DNA of 64,000 nucleotides from Camelus dromedarius. Its lineage: Eukaryota. Made by a program: the position numbers and the translations under genes. The stretch lies in assembly GCF_036321535.1 (NCBI RefSeq), contig NC_087436.1:78370001-78434000 (forward strand), given 5' to 3'. The notes beneath the pieces are model-generated. The model saw only the letters and a program-made list of their open reading frames with translations, made no database searches and was not told the DNA's origin. Shown piece after piece: positions 13,870-26,440 of the stretch; the first letter of the stretch is position 1; each line of letters starts with the position of its first letter.

Positions 13870-14092
13870 ATAACATGTAAGGGCAACCCACATTTATGGA
13901 ACATTCAATCTGTTCCAGGCTCTGTTCCAAGTACTTTATAGGAATGACCTCACTTAACCCTGGTAACAACCATCATTATTCCCATTTTAAAGATGAGAAA
14001 ACTGAAACTAAGAGAAGTAACTAGTCTAAAGAAACACAGCTAATAAATGACAAAGCCAGTTCAAATACAGATCTGTTGGATTCCAAACCCAT
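13870..14092 (-). mobile_element. MIR SINE
   Basis: ATTATTCCCATTTTAAAGATGAGAAAACTGA...ACACAGCTAATAAATGACAAAGCC. Confidence 0.8.
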
Positions 14093-15908
14093 TTATTTAA
14101 TATTTGTTTATTATTTACAATAAAAATTCATATTGTAAAATAACTTGATGTTGAAAATTAAAACTTAGTATTAACAAATAACATATTCCCAAATGGCCAA
14201 ACTTTACATTTCACTGTATCTCTTAATAGTTTCCATCTAAAAGACATGGATAACCACACACACACACAAATTCCTTGAGGTAAATATGTGGGCTGCTCCC
14301 TTAAAATAGTCAACAGCAAAAATTTTGCTCATTCATGCCTCCATAGTTCTTTCTGACAGGAGGACTATTTCTGACTTCAGGGATATGAGACTTCCACTGT
14401 ATATATCCAAATCCTACTTAACCTTCAAACATGAGTTCTTTCATGTATCCTTCTCCTATCACTCTGGAAATTACTTCTACTTAATTCCTATAGCTATACT
14501 TACTGTATCTTGCACATGGCTTAGCATATAATTATTCCCCAATAAAAATGAGTATTGAAGTAATACAGACCAGATATACCCTCCTGCCTGAAACCACCAA
14601 AAAAACAAACAAAATATAGGAAACAATGGTTTTCAAGACACTGGATAGCAGGCCATTAAGAACAGTGATCCCTGAGAAATGAGAAACAAAGAAGGCAAGG
14701 CCTACATTTGTGCCAGGATACTGCCTTGAGAGCTTCCAGGGTGCAGCCCAGGGAGAGGGAATTCAGTGGGAATCCAGCAGACTCCCTGGGCTGAAAAGGC
14801 AGAGTGAGAGTCTAGGGAGACCAAGGCAGCTAGAATGTACACAACAGAGAACCAAAGAGCAGAGACTTTCAAAGAGAGAGAATTCCAGAGATCTGCAGAA
14901 GATCTCTCTAAACAATTGAACAAGGTACCAATTTGCACATAAATATGAGGATACGATCTGAGGCTGGGGAAAGAACCACCGAAAAGGATTAGAAAGAACA
15001 ACCCTCGAGTCCACCTAAGACTGCAAATAGTGCCTGTTCCCTCAAGGCAGACAGGGAAGCATCACAATGCATCATTGGGTAGGGTACTGGGAAGAAGACT
15101 GCCTCAGAAGTGGGGAATAATTCCCTTAAACTAACACACTTCTAGGTGAGCCTAACAAATCTTTAAAATAAGACCTGGTAGGAATAAACTGTTTGTAAGT
15201 AACTGAACTGCATTCCAAAATAAAGCACAAAAATACTTTCAGGAATACAAAAATGTTTGGCATTCAAAAAGGCAAAATTTACAATGTCTGGAATCCAATC
15301 AAAAATTATCAAGAATGTAAAGAAACAGGAAAATATAAATCTTAATGAGGAAAAAAACCCAATCAATTAAAACTGACCTAGAACAGACATAATTGTTAGA
15401 ATGAACAGACAAGGACATTATAATAGTTGTTAAAACTATATTTCTTATTGTCAAAAACTTAGTAGAGATAAGGAAGATATGAAAACGATCCAAACAAAAC
15501 TTCTAAAGATGAAAACTACAACATCTAAAAGCAAAAATACACTGGAAGGGATTAATGGCAGGTTAGATATTGTAGAAGAAAATATTATTAAATTGAAGGC
15601 AGACTAATAGAAACTTTTCAAAATGAAACACCGAGGGAAAAAAGAATTTTAGAAATGAATGGAGAGTCAGTGAGCCATGCGACAACTTCAAGAGGTCTAA
15701 TATGCATGTGCTGGAGTCCCAAAGAAGAGGAGGTAGGGAGTGAAAAACATTTAATAAATAATTGATGAAAATATTATAAATTTAATTAAAATTAATTCAC
15801 AGAACCAAGAAGCTCACTTACTTCAAGCACAAGAAACATGAGAAAATGACACCAAGGCACACCATAATAAAATTACTCATACCAGTGACATAAAGAAAAA
15901 AAATTTTA

Positions 15909-16030
15909 GAATATGAAAACAAATATATGTATGTATATGTATGACTGGGACATTATGCTGTCCACCAGAGACTGACACATTGTAACTGAATAAACTTCAA
16001 TAAGAAAAAGAGAAAAACAAAAACAAAACA
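15909..16030 (+). mobile_element. Short 5'-truncated young L1 3' end with A-rich tail
   Basis: TATGTATGACTGGGACATTATGCTGT...ACATTGTAACTGA, then an A-rich tail. TSD AAAGAAAAAAAA(T/C)TTTA at 15892-15908 and 16031-16047. Confidence 0.75.
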
Positions 16031-16814
16031 AAAGAAAAAAAACTTTAAAGCAGCCAGGGGAAAAAACACATTATACACACAAGAACAAATATAAAATGAC
16101 AGCAGATTTCTCATGGGAAATAGGATACAGAAAAAGACAATGGAGCAACATCTTTAAAGTAACAAAAGAAAACTATGTCAATATGATTGCCTATGTAGAA
16201 ACTACAATGGAATCTACAGAAAAGCAACTAGAACTAAGCAGTGAAGGTTGCAGTTTTGCAGGATCAAAGAAAAATATAGAAGAACCAACTGTATTTTTGT
16301 AAACAATCAACGAATAATCAGAAATTAAAATTCAAGAAACAATGCAACTTATAATAACATTAAAAATACAAAATACTCAGGGATAAATCAGATGAAAGAT
16401 ACACATTGCAAAAATGTAAAAGATGCAAAACCTATACTCTGAAAGCTATAATGTTGCTGACAAAAATAACAGGCCTAAATGAAGGGAGGATACATCGTGC
16501 TGATAGATCAGAATATACAATATTGTTGGGAGGTCAGTTATCCTCAGACTAATCTATAGATCTCCCCCCAAAAAAATCCCAGCATGCTTTTTTATAAAAA
16601 TTGGTAAGTTGATTCTAAAATTCATATGGCAATTCCAGGAACCTAGAATAGCCAAAACAACTTTAAGAAAGAATAGCATAGTGAGAGGATCAGATTTTAA
16701 GACACCATACAGCTACTGTATTCAAGATAGTTTGGTATTAGTGCAAAGATAGGCAAATAAATCAATGGAACACAGAAACTTCAGAAACAAACTTACGTGA
16801 ACAACTGATTTTTG

Positions 16815-16911
16815 TTTCCTTTTGCTGCTCTTTTCTTTTTTTCTAGACTATTTTTTAGAGCAGATTTAGGTTCACAGCAAAATTGAGTAGAAAGTACACA
16901 GAGTTCTCAAG
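16815..16911 (-). mobile_element. Short antisense L1 3'-end insertion inside the host L1
   Basis: A T-rich tail followed by TTTTAGAGCAGATTTAGGTTCACAGCAAAATTGAG. Perfect 14-bp TSD ACAACTGATTTTTG at 16801-16814 and 16912-16925. Confidence 0.85.
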
Positions 16912-17516
16912 ACAACTGATTTTTGACAAATATAAAAAGGCAATTTGGTGGAGAAAGGATCATTTTTTCAACAAGTGTTAGGAATAATTTTGCATCTGTA
17001 CACACATACACAAAAGCTTTGATTCATACCTCTAACTATGTGCAACAATTAATTCAAAATGGATAGATGACCTAAATATAAAACGTAAAACTGGGAAATT
17101 TCCATGAGAATATATAGGAAAAAACCTTTATGACCTTGGATTAAATAAATATTTCATAGCTATGATATCAGTGCATGATCAACAAAAGGAAAAATGGTAA
17201 ATTGAGCTTCATAAAAATTTAAAATTTCTTATCACAAGATACTGTTAAGAGGATAAAAAAAATAAGGAACCGACTAGAAGAAAATACTTGCAAATCATTT
17301 ATCTGATAAAGTACTTGTAACCAGAATAAAGAACTCTCAAAATTCAGTAATAAAAAAAATCAAAATGGGCAAATTATTTGAATAGACATTTCACCAAAGA
17401 AGATATATGAATGTCAAATAAATCCATGATAAGATGTTCAACATCATTAGTCATTAGGCAAACATAAATTAAAGCCAAAATGAAATAACCTCTACACACC
17501 TATTAGAATGGCTAAA

Positions 17517-17559
17517 GTCCATCAACAGAAGAATGGATAAAGAAGATTTGAGACACACA

Positions 17560-17611
<52 letters not shown>

Positions 17612-18111
17612 AATATTATTCAGTCATAAAAAAGAACAAAATAATGCCATTTGCAGCAATATGAATGAACCAAGAGATTATCATACTAAGTGAAGTAAGT
17701 CAGACAGAGAAAGACGAGTATCGTATGTGGAATCTAAAAAAATGTTACAAATGAATTTACAAAACAGAAATAGACTCAAATTTATGGTCACAGAAAACAA
17801 ACTTACCAAAGGAGATGGGGGGAGGGATAAATTAGGAATTTAGGATTAACACACTAATATGTATAAAACAGGTAAACAATACGGACTTAACAGTGGAGGG
17901 ATAAATTAGGAGTTTGGGATCAACAGATACACGCTACCATGTATAAAATAGATAAACAACAAGGACCTACTGTATAGCACACAAAACTATATTCAATATC
18001 TTCTAATAACCTATAATAGAAAAGAACCTGAAAAAGAATATATATGTATAACTGAATCACTTTGCTGTACACTTGAAACATTGTAAATCAACTATACTTC
18101 AATTTTTAAAA
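17517..18111 (+). mobile_element. 5'-truncated artiodactyl-type L1 3' end
   Basis: GCCATTTGCAGCAATATG...ACTAAGTGAAGTAAGTCAGACAGAGAAAGAC...AACAAGGACCTACTGTATAGCACA. 10-bp TSD AATGGCTAAA at 17507-17516 and 18112-18121. Confidence 0.9.
17561..17609. repeat. (AC)n microsatellite
   Basis: Perfect AC run of about 24 units. Confidence 0.97.
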
Positions 18112-19349
18112 AATGGCTAAAATTTAAAAAGTTGACCATACCAAGTGCTAGTTAAGGATGTGGAGGAACTGGAACACTTATACACTGCCAATGAAAATGT
18201 AAAGTAGGCCAACCAATTAGGAAAACGGTTCAGCAATTCCTCAAACGATAAATGAACACCTACCATATAATCTAGCCATTCCACTTCTAGTATTACTCAA
18301 GAAATAAAAGTATATGTCTATTTGCACAGGAATATTCATAACAACTTTATTTGTAAAAGCCAAAAACTGTAAACAATCCAAATGTCTATCAACAGGTGAA
18401 TAAATAAACCAGTTATGGCATATTTATACAAAAAAATACTCTCAGAAAAATAATGAACTATTGATACACACAATAACATGGCTTGATCACAAAATAATGA
18501 GAAAAAAGCAAGACAAAGTAAGTACAAAGTCTGAATGCAAAGGGAGCAGGCAGAAACACCCATCTTCCAGTCTCCCCCTGAAAGAGGTATATTTGCAAAC
18601 TTTAAAAGCTGCTGCCTGAGGGTTTGGCTTCCAAATAGCCTGAATCTACATGCTAACTAGATCTTCCTTTTTGAGACACTGACAAGTCTTGGCACATCCT
18701 CAACTACTGGGAGCCAGTAAAAACAAAGTAAGCTGTTTGGACATCACAAAGGTTTGAGAGAGGACCAAGAGTTAGGGTGAGGTTGAATGATAAAGTTTAT
18801 CTCCTACAAGGCCACTCCTTCAAGACTGGGGGAGGTGGCTATTTTCATCTAATGCATAGGAACAAGCCCAGAGAGTCAAGGAAAATGAAGAAACAGATAT
18901 ATTCCACATGAAAGAACAAGATAAAACCACAGAAAAAATGAGTACAAACAGTATGGTTCCACTGTTACAAAACCCTGGAAAATACAAACTAACCCATAAA
19001 GACAGAAGACAAATCAGTGGTTGCCTATGGGTACAGGTGAGGGGTAAGGAACAGATGAAGTGATTATAAACAGACACAATGATGCTTTTGGGAATGATGG
19101 ATAAGTTCATTACCTTAATTATCATAATTTCACATGTGCATGCATATGTCAAAATCTATCAAATTGTATACTGTGCAGCAACTGTACACTTTCAGAGCAA
19201 AATTCTGTGTATCAATTATATCCCAATAAAGCTTTTATAAAATGAGTGTTTCTTTTTAAACAAACTAAATTACAAGCTAAGAAGGATAAATCAGTACAAT
19301 GTAACAAATTAATTTTTTTCTAGTACAGTTAAGAGTAAAGAGTATGATG

Positions 19350-19915
19350 TACTCCAAGGTTCATAGCAACATTATTTACAGTTGCAAACAAATGGAAGCA
19401 ACCTCAGTGTCTACCAACAGATGAATGGATAAAAGAAAGATGTGGTACACACACACACACACACAACACACACAATGGAATACTACTCAGCCATAAAAAG
19501 AATGGAATTTTGCCATTTGCAACAATGCAGATAAACTTGGAGGGTATTATGCTAAGTGAAAAAAGTCAATAGAGAAAGACAAATACTGTATGATATCACT
19601 TATATGTGGAATCTAAAAAGTACAACAAACTAGTGAATATAACAAAAAAGAAACAGACTCACAAATACAGAGAACAAACTAGTGGTTACCAGTGAGGAGA
19701 GGAAAAGGGAGAGGGGCAGTATAGGGGATTAAGACGTACAAACTATTATGTATAAAATAAACTACAAGATTATATTATACAACACAGGAAATATAACCAA
19801 TATTTTATAAGCACTATAAGTGGACTACAACCTTTAAAAGCTGCGAATCACTATATTGTACACTTGTAACTTATATAATATTGTACATCAAATGCACTTC
19901 AATTTTTAAAAGAAT
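19350..19915 (+). mobile_element. L1 3' end (L1MA9/artiodactyl-like)
   Basis: GTTCATAGCAACATTATTTACA...ATGGAATACTACTCAGCCATAAAAAGAA...GAACAAACTAGTGGTTACCAGTG. Confidence 0.9.
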
Positions 19916-22900
19916 ATTATAAACAAGAAACAAAAAAGTAAATTGTATGCACTTGCATAATACAATGAAAACATAAGTTTAAATTAAGGGATTTTTTTGC
20001 TATTTTCCCTACATTTGGAAGACAAAATGTCTGAATTGTTCTAAAATTTTCCCCATATTCTAAATAAAATACAAGTAATCTTATTAATTTTTCAACAGAG
20101 GTACCAAAACAGATTTCAAATCCTTCCAAAAGACAGTCAAACCAAGACAAAAATAATGGGAAAAATAAAATTAGTAATGCAATGTGCAAGAACAAACTAA
20201 GTAGCATCTCAAACTATTAGGAAGGGAAATAAAAACTTCACCAGATAAAATTTTTCTAAACATGATTCATAAGGGTGGCTCATATTCTATCTCAGAATTT
20301 TTACTTAGAAGTCTCAAGATTTATTCTTCTATGTCTTGCTATCTTTCCCCAAAGTTTTTTTTTAAACCGTGAGTGGACACTGAATTTAAATAGTTAGTCC
20401 TAAGATAATGAGGTAATTGTTCATATCTGGAAAGTACTCCAAGTCAGAATTTTAAGAACACTTTCAAAAGACTCAAATGTGAGAAATGATTCAGAATTTT
20501 AAAAAATTTTTTTCCAAATGGGTTTATAGCTCTCACCATTAGAGTTGTTACAAGCTGATGAAATCTCATCAGTGTACCGAACAAGAAAAAAACTATATAT
20601 TTTCTGTATCCAAAAGGTTTATTAAGACTCACAATGCAGAAACTGCTCTTTCAAATTGAACTCTAGCATTTTGTGCATTTAACTCTACGGGGTCCTCTAG
20701 GTTTGAAGACAGGTTTGCCAGCCTCGCGAGGTAGAAAAAAACACATGGATTCTTGTCCTGATCAGCCACTATAAATTATATCAAATTAGGTAAGTAAGTT
20801 CACCTCTCTATAATTCTTCACTGAATATGGGGGCATTAGTCTGAAAATTTCTCACGTTCCCATCATTTTGTAACTATGTCTAACAAGACAGAATGCTTTC
20901 AGCACCATGGACAGTTACAAGTAAGACAAGGTCACAGACTCCAGCAGAAAAAACCAATGGTGTTGTTTTAAAACTCAATGCAGCAAAAGTGCACAAATGG
21001 TTTTAATATTTCAAGTTAATATGGTGTTTATGATAATAAGAAAATTTTTTCATTTTGATTTTTTTATAACCACCTTTCAAAATTATGAACATTTTGGAAT
21101 ATAGCAGAAACAACTTGCCTTGTGAAGAAAATCTGTATTTATTACACAAGTGTTCCAATTAATAGTGATTGAAGACTTACACCAAAAAATGCTTCAAAAG
21201 GCATAAATAAACACACAAAAAATTAACAAAAATGTGAAGTAAAAGTATATTAAATTTTATGTTCTTCAATTAAATCCTAGTAACTTAAAAATAATGAACA
21301 GTTTCGACTATATCAACTAAAAATGTCACACACATTAAAATATTGTTAATCAATTTAAACAATGTTAAAGTTGTTATCATAATATATCTTAGAATTTACA
21401 ACCAAAGTCATCCTAAGACATTTTAAGGTCCAGGGCCTTCCCCAAAGATGGGCAAAATCACATTCTAATGTCTCTGTCTATTCATCTCAATATTTGAAAG
21501 CAAATGAAGTCAGGCTAAAGGAAAGTCAAATATGTAAGTCCTCAAGGCCAAAGAAAAAGGGGAAAGGAGTTCATCGGAAAGGTATCTTATATCCTTAAGT
21601 ATTTACATTTATATAGCAGAAATTTTTCAAGTTTCCTTGGTGATAGGGAAAGAAGAAGGTCTGTGGAAAAAGGTATGGTATGGTTTTATGAATTTATTTA
21701 TATGTGTATTAATTCTACAAGCCTGTTATTTGGGAAACATTGTTATATGCAGGAGACACAACAGTGAAGAAATAAACACAGTTCTTCTCACTGCTAATGT
21801 TGAGCTGCTTGCTAGGACAGTAACTCAATATTTGTTACAGTGTGGAATGAAGAGAGTGAATTCAGAGAGAGCAAGAAAGTTTGCTGGACCTCTTCTGAGG
21901 AACAGCTTTCTACTTTCACAATACAGAAGAAAAAGAAAGAAAAGGGGGGGAGGGAAAGAGGGGGTCGTTAGCTGTGCATTTTTTAAGTGCAAAGTATCCC
22001 TGGTCCTTACTATTTTACAAGGAAGACAGGAAGAAGGAAAAAGAGACAGATATATGCATACAGACACTCCCCCCTACTCACAGATATGGCCCAGTCTGAG
22101 GTCTGCAACCTGCAGATTTGTATTCCTCCACCTTGGAGTCAAATGAGAACTAATTTGATAGGAAGAGCAATAAGGAATGCTGAGTACTCACCCCATAGAC
22201 TATGGTGTAAATTTCTACTTAACTTTCTGTTTGGAGGAAATGTCATTATCAAAATATAATTTTTACATATGGGTAAGCATATAGATGATCGCTATCTTTT
22301 CAACAGAACTGTTTCTCTGAAAGTTCTACCATTCAAAAGATAATTAAGCCAATATTGATATAAGAAAAAAAGGACCAATTTATGATGTTTTAAAGGGAAT
22401 GGCATGTATTTGCACCACACAGGGACAAAACCAATAGTTCGAAATTCTAAAATATGCATGTAATATAGCAATGTGTAGCATTATCCAGGAAAGCAGATTC
22501 AAAGCAAAGATCATCCTAGCACACTACAGAGGTACAAGGAAAACTAACATCTCTAGCTGATGTGAGTCACTTTTTACGGATCAAAGCACAAAAACTGAAG
22601 CCAATAAACAGCTTATATTTATTAATTTTCTAGGTTTTATGTATAAGAAAATTGATGTCTCATAGTAAAAATTGATTTAAATCAACCTATTATTGATTTG
22701 TTTACCTAAACAGTTTCACTTTTTAATTTATTAAAAAGATAAGATTGAATTAACAATCCAATTTTCTATATGCAAACCTAAACAGAAAAAAAAAAAGTAA
22801 TGGCACACATACACAATGTATATACCAAAGTAATACTCCCAATGTGTGAGCCACCTAGCCTAGCAATTACGAACTAGATAAAACAACAGATTAGACCAAA

Positions 22901-24129
22901 CTCCCTTTCTTACTCCTGAAATGCTACAAGAACAGCTATCATTGTTTCACTTATTTATTTGTCAAATATTTACTAAGTAATTATCATTCTTTCTGCTCAC
23001 CACGAAAAGAGGCAGAAGAGACTATGGAAGAAATGTAAGTTCTTACCTGTGATTTCAGGGGCTTACACTTTAATTGAAGGGGTTATCTTGCAGCTCTTCC
23101 CAACAGCTGACTTAAGCAGGAAATTTATCCTGTTTATTTTCCCATTTGGATATAATCTCTATCCCATATACCTTGCATATACCTCTATCCTCTCTACCCA
23201 TAAAACAGCATTAGGTTGTTACTATCTTAAGGGCAGAAACACTGACACCTTTCATATAACAACTACATCAATTCTCAGGGTATACACTCCACATACAAAA
23301 TAGAAAATCAAATATTTTCTAGCATGAAACAGTGAGGAGAGATCAGCACCCCAAAAACTCTTTTGATAATGAAATACATACAGGGATTAGGACTGTTTTC
23401 TGAGCATTTTTATAATCCATCACTCAGTACAAGTATAAATTATATTTTCTGAAACTAAAAGTGCTATAAAGCAAAAAAATTCCCTTACCAATAGACCAAT
23501 TCTAAAACAATGTTAACATCATTGTTACATTATTCTATTTGGCTAAACTGATGTGACAGACGAATTATTATAAACTGAAATTCTTCTCTTGCACTTAATT
23601 TCCTGGTTAAAGACAAATCAAAACTCACAACACCGTGCTCAAGCACATTTCTAGTTCATTGCAAGCTGAACAAAGTATTCTGCTTCATGGAAACTAAATT
23701 TAACTGTTTTCCACAGTTTGGAGCACTAAAACAACTACTAACCTTAGAGACACAAGACGTGGTTCACACACTATAATCATCTGACCTTGGGCAACTCATT
23801 TAACTTCTTGGCCATTCAGATTCCTCACCTGCAAGTTACAAAGTTGAGATGCAATGCATTCAGCCTCCCACTCCATCTCTAAAGGCTCTACTCTTTTAAG
23901 ATTCTGGCATTTACTGACACTCTAATATCTCATTCAACCCAAATGACATTCCATGTAACCACAGTCACAACCAACAAAAGCCACATCTTATATATCATTC
24001 TTGTGAATTCACCCACTTTGACCTGAATATGTAATGAGGCACACACCATTTTTGTGAATTGGCAGAATTTTTTACAGACCAGTAATTCATACAGTGATCT
24101 TTCAAGAGGAAGTTGCTGTTGTTCCTCAA

Positions 24130-24590
24130 TCATTCAGGGTTCTAGGAGGACTCAGATGACATACTCAAATTGGGTAATGTAAGGAAAGTTCAGTAAAATT
24201 TTACAAAGATGCTAGAAGGGTATAAGAAAACCATTAGGCATGGTACAATGTCTTGGGGCTAGAAGCATGCCCAATTACCCCCCATTAAAGTAGCGAGAAA
24301 AAGGAGAGTCACAGAAGTTAGAGGCAGGCAGGCTACATGGAGAGGACCACCTTAAATAGGAGCTGTGATCTTAGGCACAGCCAGATCAAGGTGACTTGCA
24401 AATAGCAAGTCAGGGTAATAAACATCTTGCCTTCACAATCTCCACTCCCTACAGTCTCTAACCAATGTCCCCCACTGGTCAAAGTCAATTAGATGCTGAG
24501 GCTAAACCAACTCTGTAGATGTATTTCATACAGCTTAACTTCCTGGAGAAAGATCAAGAACTAAAGGTGCAAAGAGAAACAGATCTAACA
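24130..24590. mobile_element. ERVL solo LTR (LTR33-like), copy 2
   Basis: TCAGGGTTCTAGGAGGACTCAGATGACATACTCAAATTGGGTAAT. Homologous to 9882-10370. Confidence 0.6.
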
Positions 24591-25788
24591 CAATCCTGTT
24601 TTCTCTAAGTAGGCTAGACTCACAGAATTATAGTCCCATCTTTGCCTAAAGGTTCTTTAATGTTGTCGTGGTACAAACTACTGTCTAGTGAGTTCCTGTA
24701 ATATGCTGGATCCCTTCCAAACCCTGGCTATGTATTTAATGTTCAGAAAATCTTTATTCTAACACCAAGAACCTATTAGAACCCTCTAATGTAGTCATCA
24801 AGGGTAATTTTAGATCTCAACAGGTTTTCACAAAGAATGTAAGCAAACCAATTGCTTAAAGTGGAAGAAATGTCAATGTTAGTAAAGATTGATTTTCTAT
24901 ATTCCCTCTCTCTAATTAGTTGCTTTGGACATCAATGAGTTGCACAAAAAGAGCCACAATGATTTCCCTGATTAAGTAGCTCTAGCAAACTGGAAAGGTT
25001 GAAGCACAGCATTATTAACTCTTTGATGGGCTATGTAGAGCCATGCTGAGCTGTAGACAATACTGAAATGTTCCAAAATAAAAGTGGATAACAGGAGGAG
25101 AGGCTTCAAAAGGAGGACTTAATTCAAACCTCTGGTCTAGAAAAGACAAAGAGCATATTCATCAATGTAAAAAGAAAAAGATTGCTAACTGGATACTAAA
25201 ATACTGCTAACTTGCTAACATGTGCCAAGGCCTATGCTAAGTGCTTTCACATCATATTTCATGAAATCTGCATGGAAGCCCAGTGAGATATTTTTGTTTA
25301 GAACATTTTACATATGAGGAAAGTAATTTGCCTAAGGCACTATGAAACAAAATCTGAAAATCCAATAAAGAGGTATAGTTTTAAAAAGGTTTTACATCTG
25401 ATGTGACCTCAGACATAATCCCACCTTTCCACCACCATTTCTTGTGTCTTGGAAAGTGGTAAACCACAAAGGATAACTTATTCTGCCTATTTATAATACC
25501 AATCTGGAAAAACAGAATTTCTTCTAAAGTCAACTTCTTCTTTTGGAAAATATTTTAAATGGTTGTCACAGCACTTGGAAGGATTCTGGGGAAAGAGCCT
25601 ATAAAATCTTTTCACTGGAATAGGCATAGTAGCTTCCTACCAGGCATCAGCTCAGAATAGTCCTCTGTTTTTGTGCTTAGAAATTAAATCTCTTCACGTG
25701 AACTTGGGGAAGAGACCATGTCTTGTTCCTTTTGTAAGGAACCACATGAATAGGGCATATACTTGGAATTTAAAAAATACTTGTTCAA

Positions 25789-25920
25789 GGGGGAGGGTAT
25801 AGCTCAAGTGGCAGAGCGCATGCTTAGCATGCACAAGGTCCAGGGTTCAATCCCCAGTACCTCCTCTAAAAATTAATAAATAAACCTAATCACCTCCCAC
25901 ACCAGAAAAAAAAAAAAAAA
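25789..25920 (+). mobile_element. tRNA-Ala(AGC)-derived SINE (Vic-1-like, camelid)
   Basis: GGGGGAGGGTATAGCTCAAGTGGCAGAGCGCATGCTTAGCATGCACAAGGTCCAGGGTTCAATCCCCAGTACCTCC carries Pol III A/B boxes and is followed by an A-rich tail. TSD ACTTGTTCAA at 25779-25788 and 25920-25929. Confidence 0.9.
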
Positions 25921-26239
25921 CTTGTTCAATGAGTAATCAACATAGCAGAGTATGTGATAGGCAAGACACTGCAGAAAGAAAAGTAAACACCAGTTTACTT
26001 ACCCAGAAAAAATCATCAAACCAATCTTTTATCACCACTAGTGCTATGGAATCTTATTTGGTTTTCACGTGAGCCAAGAAGAAAATATACAGTAGGTGCC
26101 TTCTCTTGGGCCTTTCCCACTCTCATCACATGCCCACTCAATATTCACCTGACCTCCAAAACATTAATACAGGAAGAACTAGGCTAAAATGTAAATCAAG
26201 CCCAACCATGAAGTGGAAAATTTTTTAAAATAAGCAGAA

Positions 26240-26440
26240 GAAAGGTAACATCAAATGTTAATTATGTTCCAGGCAGAGTGCTTAATACTTTACACATGTT
26301 TTCTCATTTAATCCTCATAATAACCACCATCTTTGTTTTTACAGATGAAGAAACTGAAGCTTAGAGAAGGTAAGTAACTTGTCTGTGGTCACATAATAAT
26401 GTGACAAGTGAAAGTAGAGATTTAGCACAAATTCTAGAAG
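26240..26440 (-). mobile_element. MIR SINE
   Basis: CTCATTTAATCCTCATAA...TTTTACAGATGAAGAAACTGAAGCTTAGAGAAGGTAAGTAACTTG. Confidence 0.8.

Larger units (their letters stand above)
14560..19240 (+). mobile_element. Decayed, internally deleted L1 (L1M-type) carrying several nested younger insertions
   Basis: Contains a 5' region, ORF1-like peptide (MTADFS...RQWSNIFKV), ORF2 RT-like peptide (MIAYVE...ESTEKQLEL), ORF2 C-terminal motifs and a 3' end with AATAAA near 19226. Frames are interrupted by many stops and frameshifts. Confidence 0.9.

Noticed and set aside
21637..22146. 169-aa plus-strand ORF
   Set aside because: Non-ATG start, no recognisable domain, and overlap with L2-like and purine-rich low-complexity sequence.
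25789..25864. Apparent tRNA-Ala gene (also 32459-32535)
   Set aside because: The 5' extension, poly(A) tail and TSD indicate a retroposed SINE.
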